DNA of 64,000 nucleotides from Eledone cirrhosa. Taxonomy: Eukaryota. Within the stretch, counting starts at the first letter, position 1. The number at the start of each line of letters is the position of its first letter. Below, piece after piece: positions 55,066 to 64,000 of the stretch. The notes beneath the pieces are model-generated. The model searched no databases, was not told the origin of the DNA, and was given only the letters and a program-made list of their open reading frames with translations. Position numbers and translations under genes: made by a program. The stretch is taken from positions 254,820,001-254,884,000 of the forward strand of contig OZ024740.1 in assembly GCA_964016885.1 (NCBI GenBank), in the 5' to 3' direction.

Positions 55066-55786
55066 TCTATATATCTAAAACAGAGAATGTCTGTCTGTCT
55101 GACTCCCTAAAACTCGAGAACCACCCAACCGATTGTTTTCAAACTTTACACATGTAATACTTATGGTCCTGTGAGTGTTTTGAGCAAAAAATTTCAAATT
55201 TCAAATTTTCAATGCCCTAGGGACCACATTAGGCGATTTAGCGATCTCTCTCTATAATTCTTAGTCTTTCTTTTTAGTTAGATACATAGATATAACGTTG
55301 CACCCTTATAATATCTGTCTGTATGTCTGGATGTCTGCATTACGACATTATGACGTTGCTATCTGTGTGTGTATATATGTATATATAGTGTGTGTATATA
55401 TATATATATACACACACTATATATACATATATACACACACAGATAGCGACGTCATAATATCGTAACGCAGACAGCCATATATATATAGTGTGTAACGTTT
55501 TTCGAAATATTTACTTCTGCATTCACAGATTGAATTTTTTTAGTTTCAGAAGATCCCATTAAGGGTGAAAGCAGTAATTCTTTGCTTAAACTTTAATCTG
55601 TTATTTTAATATGAAGTAAAGGAAAAATATTTAATAATTATATATTCGTGTACAGATATTTTTGCATACACAATAACAAAATATAAACAAACGTATTTAT
55701 TTCATGAGGGACGCTAAGGATAAATATATATCAAATATATAAGAACCCTAGAGCAAATCCCGAACAACGACGGGCCATTCTGCTAG
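55066..55786 (+). mobile_element. Non-autonomous Helitron-like element
   Basis: a|TCTATATATCTAAAA..(GTCT)n 5' end and CGGGCC..GCTAG|t 3' end. Confidence 0.6.
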
Positions 55787-55814
55787 TATATATATATATA
55801 TATATATATACAGT

Positions 55815-56890
55815 AATAATTATAAATATGAAGACTAAAATCCAAAGAGGTCTCGATAAGGATAAATATATATCAAATATATAAGAACCATAGAGCAAAT
55901 ATTTATTAAAATAACAGAATTAAGTTTAAGCAAAGAATCGCTGCTTTCACCATTAACGGGATCTTCTGAAACTAAAAAATCAATCTGTGAACCTAGAGGT
56001 AAATATTTCGAAAAACATTGCAACCGAAGGAAAACAGGAAGACGATACTTTGGTTCATGAAGACGTTCCCTGGCAATGAACAGAATATTTAATATATATT
56101 TATCCTTATCAAGCCCTCTTTGGATTTTAGTCTTCACATTTATTATTATTACTATTTGGCTCCCTCGGTTGAGCACTCTATTGATTTATAATCAACATGC
56201 AGAAATATACCCGTACCTAGCAGGAAGATGTATTTTAAACTACTTATACAAAAAACGGATTCGTTCCTTAAAAGGTTGTGTTGGTGCACCTTTTATTTTG
56301 ATAACCAGGATAAAGTGGACAATAAACAGGATAAATTTGGGTTTAAAACTTATAATAACCCTCTGAGTGACCCAGCTTTTTTACCTTTCTCAGAGTATCA
56401 AATTTCGGAATAGGAGCAATTCCTTCCAACAGGACCTGAAGAATAGAATTCGTTCTATTAAGGATTCTAATGCCGTGCACGTCCACTCCGACAAAACTTG
56501 TAATCTATATCAAGTGGAGCGCAGTACATACCATCAACTGCTACATAATCAAGGATTACTGGGTTTAAAATCACTTCAGAACTCAACATCCAGGCCTGGA
56601 CTGAACCTCTGGACCATATTTCTCCCCACTTTACCTTGAAGGATCACAAACCCAATTTTGCTAACGACCCTTCTATTCGGCTAATTAACCCTACAAAGTC
56701 TGATTTAGGTACTTAGTAAAAGAATTTTAGATAGAATTATACCTGAAATTAGAAGTTTGGCCCGTCTTGCAACGTTTTTCGAAATATTTACTTCTGCGTT
56801 CACGGATTGATTTTTTTTTAGTTTCAGAAGATCCCGTTAAGGGGGAAAGCAGCGATTCTTTCCTTAAACTTTATTCTATTATTTTAATAA
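55815..56890. mobile_element. Penelope-like remnant with inverted pseudo-LTR pieces
   Basis: The + strand encodes SDKTCNLY and LKDHKPNFANDPSIRLINPTKSDLG (PLE RT N-terminal motifs). Inverted repeat at 55815-55880 and 56085-56152. Confidence 0.7.
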
Positions 56891-57419
56891 ATATATATAT
56901 TTATATATACGTGTGTGTGTGTTATATAGAATTCGAAGTTGGAAAGCCATGACAATGCATGTTTGAACAGAGAAAAATAAAAACGCAAAAACATAAAAAG
57001 TAGGGTTGGTTCTTTTTTACCTTAATTTATTCATTTGAACTGATATTTCGAGATATTTCAACTGAAGAAAATAAAGGAACTATTTCAGTGTCTGATGTGG
57101 CCGGAAGTGGTTTTAATATTTAGTTATTTATCTATTTATTTTAAACTCTTTTGTGTTAAAATTAAGGTCAAGACAAATTAAGGAGCAAAGAGTCGTTTCC
57201 CTTTAAATTTGCTTAGACGCATATATATTAGTACGTGCCTGCTTCAGTGTGTGTAAGCACGCACAAAATATGTAAACACGCATGGACGGAATATATGGTT
57301 TCACACAGAAGGATAAAGTGGTCATAAGCAGGCCTTTGTGTGTTCTATGTAGAGTCCAGTAGCCTTCTATGTTAGGTATTGTGCACTTAATTCTAGTCTA
57401 TTATTGATTTGTTGGTGTG

Positions 57420-58295
57420 TTCTGGTTATGATTAATGCTTCCTTAATTCTCAGATTGCCGAGGTTTCTTTCTCGTGTTTCAACCTTGACTGTTATATTTT
57501 TTTTAGGTGTGTTTGCATTTCTCTAAGTGTTTCTTGAAAGAGGAAGCATTAGTGTTAATGTCTTCCTTAATCCTGATATGTAGGTGTCTGGTGGTGCTAC
57601 CTATATAGAAGTTGTCGCATTTATCACACTGGACTCTGTACATGATGTATGCTTGATGGCATATGTCTGTGTTATCAATGGGCCAGCGTGCATCAGCTGT
57701 TGTGTTCAACAGTTCGTCTCATAGAAAGTTGTCCGCATAAGGAGGGCACTGAATGAGCTAGTTGTAAGTCTAGTCCTTCTCTTCAGGTGGCCCTGCAGAT
57801 GGCTTTTGTTGTGTCATCACTGAAATGTGGGAGCTTCAGGAAGCAGGTGTTGGTGGAGTTTGTTCTTCAAATGCGGTGATTCTTATTTCTAACGTGATCA
57901 CATTGGATGTTGGGTAAACGTTTCGCTTAAGCACTTCCAAGAAGTGTGTGGTGTGTGTGTGTCTTGGTCTCCTGTGGTGCTGCATTTATTCCGGATACGT
58001 GTCAGTTCATTTCTTATGTATCTGGACTTGGTACCAAGAGGGAGGGCTGATTTGAAATGGACGAACAGGTCCCTGCTAGAGGCTTTTCTGTAGAAGTTGG
58101 TGTGCATGCTGCCTTCTTCCGTTACCCTGAGTTGGAAGTCTAGCTTGGAGAGGGATCCAATGTCGTCATGGTGTTCCATGCTGAACCTTATGTTAACGGC
58201 CATGCTGGAGGATGTTGTGTATATTTTGTCTGCTTCATCACAGGATGATGTAAGGATGAGTATGTCATCTACATATTGGTGAAGAAGGCCAGAAC
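57420..58295 (-). mobile_element. Degenerate Penelope-like element related to 14252-15423
   Basis: YVDD, FYRK..DLFVHFKSALP and YIGSTTR motifs. Confidence 0.8.
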
Positions 58296-58297
58296 AT

Positions 58298-59062
58298 ACC
58301 CGTAGACTGGAAACAAATGAAGCCTGCATGCTCCGATGGATGTGTAATAGTAATATACGAGAACGGCAAAGCATAAATTAACTGAGAAATTAGGCATAAG
58401 AGGAATCAAATGCTGTGTGCAGGAGATGAGATTGTGTTGGTATGGACATGTGTTGCATATGAAGGCTGACAGCTTCATATAAAAGTGCAGAGCACTCAAA
58501 GTCGTTGGAAGCCTTGGAGTGGGGAGACCCAGGAGGACTTGGGATGAGGTGATAAATGCCGACCTTGCCCAATTTCCCTCTCAAAGGCGATGATATATGA
58601 CCGGGATCTCTGGCGATATGCAGTAATACAGAAGACCCGACTTTGTATGAGCACAAGCTGAAGCATATATACAGTATGTCCCACCCTCCCATATAACCCC
58701 ACCCCATGTTAGCACGGAAAATGGACGTAAAGACAGGTGATAATGATATGTGCATATATACACAAATATGTATATATAAACCATCTGTGTATATATGTAT
58801 ATAACATCCAGCCCACACTGTAAATTGATCGTGTAGGTGTCACGACAAAAAGCACCCAGCCCACACTGTAAAGTGGACATGCAAAAAGCACCCAGCACAC
58901 TGTCAATATGGTTGGCATTAGGAAGGGCATCCAGTTGTAGAAAACCAGCCAGAAACACTCCTATATGAGCGATACACAGTCACCCGACCCAACTTGCCTC
59001 TAAATAGGACCCATCTAACCCATTCTTGTGTGGAAGATAGACATTAATCGATGATGATGATG
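58298..59062 (+). mobile_element. Old RTE 3' fragment
   Basis: Diverged homology to the RTE-A 3' end; (TGA)n tail. Confidence 0.8.
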
Positions 59063-60388
59063 ATATATATATATATTATATATGTCATTTATGTTAGGCT
59101 GTTTACCAATGGGGAGAACTGGTGGTTCGGGTTGGTAAACAATGATACAACAAATTTACTAAATCACTCAATGTCATGTAAATCATCCATCGTAGATGTG
59201 GTATCCAGTGGTTGGTGCAGGAACAAAGTAAAGTGTTCTTTAAAACAATAGCAGAAGGCCGGACTGGAAAATTTATTTTAGAATTTTAATTCCGTGAAAG
59301 CACTATGCATATTTTGATGGCCCAGCTCTATCATCCGATTATGATGTAAGACTAGACGATTTCATCAGGTGTTGTTTGTAGAATTATATGATAGGATTAT
59401 GTAAAATCCAAACATAGAAGATACAAAGAAATGGAAAATAGAAAATATAGGACTGATTTGATTTGGGGATTGCCTGTTAATTTGGTGTTATATCTAAATC
59501 AGACGATCTCCGAATGTCACTTTATCAGTTAATACCAACCTTACAAGCCTGTAGGCATGGTGGAGGAGTTGGGGTTGTCACGTGGCTTCGGGAATAAATC
59601 TATCCTTAGAAAATGCCGTTCATTAATTACAACCAAGGCTTCTCTGCCGCAGAGATCAAAGGGAACTAAACTGTTGGATGTCGGCACACCCCCAAAAAAT
59701 CAGTCTGCCATGACAGTATTTACTTTAGCATTTAAACTGGCTGTATCTGGCCACAATTCTCTCACCTCTTTCTGTTCAAACTGGCCATAACTGGCTACTC
59801 ATACCGATGTTGGGGTATTGTTCTCAAAATAAATAATATCAAAATCTCATAGATTCGATATTATGTGAGATAATTAAGTGAGGTAAAGTGTGAAAATACA
59901 ATAGTATGTATAGAGTAATGTAAATGCTAAAGGGTTAAAGTGGCAAATTGCCACAGATAGAAACGATGTAAAATGTTAATAATAAAAAAAATAAATAAGA
60001 AGAATAGAAGATTAAGAGTTATAAATAGATATACAGGTTTTGTGGTTGCAAGAATGATAATTATAAGATTAAAAATTATTAAAAACTATAAAGTTTACCT
60101 GAACTTCTAAAGACTATGTGCTAAATTTATTTTAAATAATCAGTATGATATACTGAACACACATTTCTTCCTCAACTCATTCTCATCTATATTTCTATTT
60201 CTTTTATTACTCATTCTATCTTCTTATGAACAACTAGCATCCAAAACATTATTTTCCTATTATATGAAACATTGCGCTGGTATATATCTTCATTGTAATG
60301 TATCATTTACTGTGTTGTTTTCCATTTACTATCATGCACACACACACAAAATATATATATAAAACTTTAACTGTTTCTATCTTTATAG

Positions 60389-60470
60389 AATGATGGTTTT
60401 GAATTAAACAAGACTTTAGATATTCCTGATGCTATAAAGGTTTCTGGTCAGGTGACATTTGTTAACATTG
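60389..60470 (+). CDS. ITFG1: ITFG1 exon 7
   Basis: tttatag| acceptor and |gtaagt donor; encodes NDGFELNKTLDIPDAIKVSGQVTFVNI, similar to VVGQSAFADF; phase 0 to 1. Follows a ~24.9 kb intron. Confidence 0.87.
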
Positions 60471-60799
60471 GTAAGTTGTTATTATTGCTGTTGTTATTGT
60501 ATTACTGCTACTACTACTACTACTACTACTGCTGTTGTGTTAATCATTAACGTAGTTACTGTTGACGTAGTTGTCGTTCAATACTAGTTCATTTGTCAAT
60601 AAAATAGAACAAACCAAAATTCGCATTGTGTATGTATGTTATGTATGCATATATACTTATATTGTGTATGTACATAGGCATAGTAATATATAGAACATGT
60701 TTCCATGTCAGTGTATGTGATAAGACAGTAAGCATGCACATGCACGTACAACAGGTCAGAACACAGAGGAGCCAAACTCCCACTGTTATTGTTTGCATC

Positions 60800-61085
60800 T
60801 CTCTCTCTCTGTTATGAGTAAATGGGGTCACATGCGCTGGCCGCTCCATGGCCTTGGCGGACAGAATAGGGAAGGCGTTTCTCTGGAGGATGGTAAAGGA
60901 GATGCGCTGGAAGAACCACTCCATCTCGTGAGGCTCACACCTGTGGCTAGCCAGCTCAGTGTCTATGGTGGTAAGTAGGGAGGTAGCTCTAGGACCAAGG
61001 TCACCAGAAGTCTCCACTGCTAGGGCTCAACTGCAAACCTGTCGGAGAGCGACCGTTACTTGGAGAGTTTATCCTCCTCAGCCCG
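60800..61085 (-). mobile_element. CRE-like non-LTR element C-terminal remnant (restriction-like endonuclease region)
   Basis: AVETSGDLGPRA..FFQRISFTILQRNA resembles the CRE C-terminal ET.G..G..QR.S...QR.NA motif. Confidence 0.6.
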
Positions 61086-61271
61086 ATTTGCATTACATCA
61101 TTCAAATTTTTGTCTTCAGTCGTGTGAAGTAGATCTTATTTATAGACCCATCTTCACACACACAGGCACAGGCCACACACACAAACACAGGCACACACAT
61201 ATATTGCTGTGTGTCAATAAGAAATTTTCCTGTTAGTTTTACGTATGTTATGTGTGTATCTTTATGTTTAG

Positions 61272-61360
61272 ATGGTGATGATGAAATGGACTTGTTGATA
61301 CCATATTGTGAAGACACAGCTTGTCATAACAGTGGTATTTATGTTTACTCCGCAGAAAAG
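61272..61360 (+). CDS. ITFG1: ITFG1 exon 8 (gene continues beyond the window)
   Basis: tttag| acceptor and |gtaagc donor; encodes DGDDEMDLLIPYCEDTACHNSGIYVY, similar to DGDGHMDHLLPGCEDKNCQKSTIY; phase 1 to 0. Confidence 0.92.
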
Positions 61361-61427
61361 GTAAGCACTTTTTCTTTGTTCATTCTAGGGAATACTGATT
61401 CTCTATTTTGATTGACTGGAGATAATA

Positions 61428-61717
61428 CAGTGGAACTTCGGTTCATGAACAAATTTTTCTGAACATAAAACGTTTTGGTTGATGAACGGTGTTTTGAGTA
61501 ACAAAGAAGCAAGCTGGCAACAAGGGTTGGCAATAAGCTGGAAGTATCGACAGGAAAGTAACATTTTCAATGTAGTTAGTTACTATGGTGATATCTATCT
61601 GTCTTTCACAGTCTCTCTCTCAACATTTTGTATAAGAAAATAGTATCGGTATATGAATTTTTCGGGTGACAAATGGCCTTCAGGAATGAATGAAGTTCAT
61701 GAATTGAGTTTCCACTG
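61428..61717. mobile_element. pogo/Tigger-type MITE
   Basis: TA|CAGTGGAAC..GTTCATGAA ... TTCATGAA..GTTTCCACTG|TA. Confidence 0.75.
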
Positions 61718-62162
61718 TATAGGGTTTGAGAGGCCTCTACGGTCTCCCCAAGCATATGGCACTCCCTCAAAAGAAACAGATATATACACCTATTGCTGAA
61801 CATTATGTATGCCCATTGATCCAGTATGGTGTACAATACTGTATGCAAGTGTAGAACTAACAATTTGGTAAAAACTTGTACATGGCAAATTTGGACTTGG
61901 CAATGTTAAAACAATGATGTTGATGATGATGATGATGACATATATATACAATACATACTTTGGCATGGCTTGATGCTCTTCCTTATGCTAATCATTTAAG
62001 TGTACTATATATATATATATATATATACACAAACACACATCTATATTCTTTCATTAGTTTCAGTTATTAGATGGTGGCCATGCTGTATTGAATCCATTAT
62101 TTTCAGTATTGAATTATTTTCAGCCTGGTACTTATTTTATCTATCTCTTCTTAAAATTCATA

Positions 62163-62744
62163 GCGAAAGGCCTTCAAAATGTTTTTAAATAAACATGCAG
62201 TATATTGTTAAATATACAATACGTACATTCATATGTATATCGCTATTTCAGAGCACCAATATTTCCACATATGTTCCATCTAGGTCAATACACTTCTGCA
62301 AGCATTGATACCAGCCTTTAAGTCCATCTGTGTAAAACTGAGGGCCATGCGATTTAAGCCATGTCAAAGCAGCTTTTTTTACATCTTCAACTGGGGATCA
62401 TCTTCAACCTTATTTCTTTCACTTCTAAAACGACTTATCCATTTGTAGGTTGTTAATTTCTGTGGGGCATTATCCCCATAAACTTGCTGCAGAGTGTCAG
62501 TGATTTGGCTGCTCTTCCACTCTAGCTTCACCATGAACTTGATGTTTCGATGGAAGCCATGTTGCTCAAATGGGTGCTGACTTCCGACAGGCAGCATCAT
62601 GTTGCAACGTGCATTTAAGGGTTCATATTAGAATATATCATGACACCTTAGTACAAGAACGTACAGGTGCATTGAGATCCAAATCCCTGTGTATGATTTT
62701 TAGCTATGTACTTTTTCTACAAACTTTTTGAAGGCCCCCCCTCG
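62163..62744 (-). mobile_element. Internally deleted mariner transposon
   Basis: N-terminal HTH VYGDNA..TYKWISRF joined to C-terminal GWYQCLQKCIDLDGTYVE; TIR-like ggccttcaaaa ends. Confidence 0.8.
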
Positions 62745-62754
62745 TATACATACA

Positions 62755-64000
62755 TCATCATCATCATCATCATTTTACGTCCGCTTTTCCCTGCTTGCAA
62801 AGGTGGGACGGGTCCTATTCAGCACAGCATCTCTCCACTTGTCACGGTCCTACGTCATCTCCTCCGTGAGCTTCAGCGATCTGAGGTCTGCTCTCACCAC
62901 CTCTGTGGCCTTCCTCTACTGCGTCTTCCTTCTACTTGGATTTCTTGGCACTTCTTTACCCAGCGGTCAACCTCCATGCGCATCACATGTCCATACCATC
63001 TCAGTCTTCTCTCTCCCACACACTACAACTTACTCCTCTTATACACAGGTTCTCTCTCAACTTGTCTATGCTTGGTCGTTCATGCACATTGACATTGCAC
63101 ATCCAATGGAGCATGCTTGCTTCATTTCTCTTCAGCCATCACATATCCTCCACAATTGCTGCCCATGTCTCACTACCATGCAGCATCGCGCATCTCACAC
63201 AGGCCTTTTGTACGCAGGGTGAAACCCTTCTTTGTCAACAGAGAAAGCAGCTCCTTAAACTTCTTCCAACCCGTCCTTATTCTGGAATACTATGGCCTCG
63301 GAGCACCCTCCTCCCTTGCCAATCAGATAACCTCGGTACCGGAAGCTATCAACCACTTCTATAGAACCTACCTGTATTTGAAAAATGTATCTGTCTCTGC
63401 GACTTCTACTGTCAAATTTCCCTGTACATCTACTGCATATGTAGTTCTCCCTACCTGTTAGTTTGCCTGTTATCTCACTACATTTCTTGTGTACCCAAGA
63501 TCTGCATTGTGTACATTTTATAGAATTTATGCTAGCTCCTTTTCTACATTCGAACACGGCCATTTCCCTGATGGAATCAGAGTTTTGTCCTCCTTTCTAC
63601 TTATCAACACTTTTATCTTAGATAGGTTCCCTCTCAGTCCTCTTGATTCCAACTGCTATTTCCATAGCCAGAATTTATTCTCTAGCTCCTCTACTGATTC
63701 TGCTATAAGTACCAGGTCATCAGCATTTCTCTAATTAGTTGCGCTAATATTCTTTCTGCCACTTTCATAACCTGATCCATCAGTTTTATACCCCTATAAT
63801 TGCTCCTCTCCAGAGCATCCCCTTTACCTTTGTAGCAATTTATAAGAATACTGCTGCACCATTCTTTGGGTATGACTCCGCCATATATAACTTGCTTGAT
63901 GATGCGTGCAACCAGTTTAGTTCCAACTTCTCCTGATGCCTTCAGCATCTCAGCAACTATACCCGACGTTTCAGTGGCCTTACCACTTTTCATTTCTTTA
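62755..64000 (-). mobile_element. RTE family B degenerate fragment with an internal deletion
   Basis: Homologous to 41821-43330. Confidence 0.85.

Overview
This is eukaryotic animal DNA, very rich in repeats and TA microsatellites. The repeat content suggests an octopus or other cephalopod, but that is inference. Two host genes sit head-to-head with 362 bp between their ATGs: ITFG1/TIP/LINKIN (+ strand, 8 coding exons traced with consistent splice phases, 22896-61360, continuing past the window) and a probable first coding exon of PHKB (- strand, 22467-22533). The rest appears to be intronic and is filled with mobile DNA. There is one intact, young RTE-clade LINE (1039 aa; APE, RT and an inserted PHD-like finger) with a three-level nested tandem array upstream. 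There are also many truncated RTE, Tx1 and CRE fragments, seven Penelope-like element (PLE) fragments, tRNA-derived SINEs, MITEs, a mariner remnant and a Helitron-like element. The main unannotated signal is about a dozen type I hammerhead ribozyme motifs (canonical, U3/A8-compensated and non-canonical cores), several inside fold-back palindromes. Most retroelement breakpoints abut TA/TAYA arrays. The long YI/CV ORFs are microsatellite artefacts.
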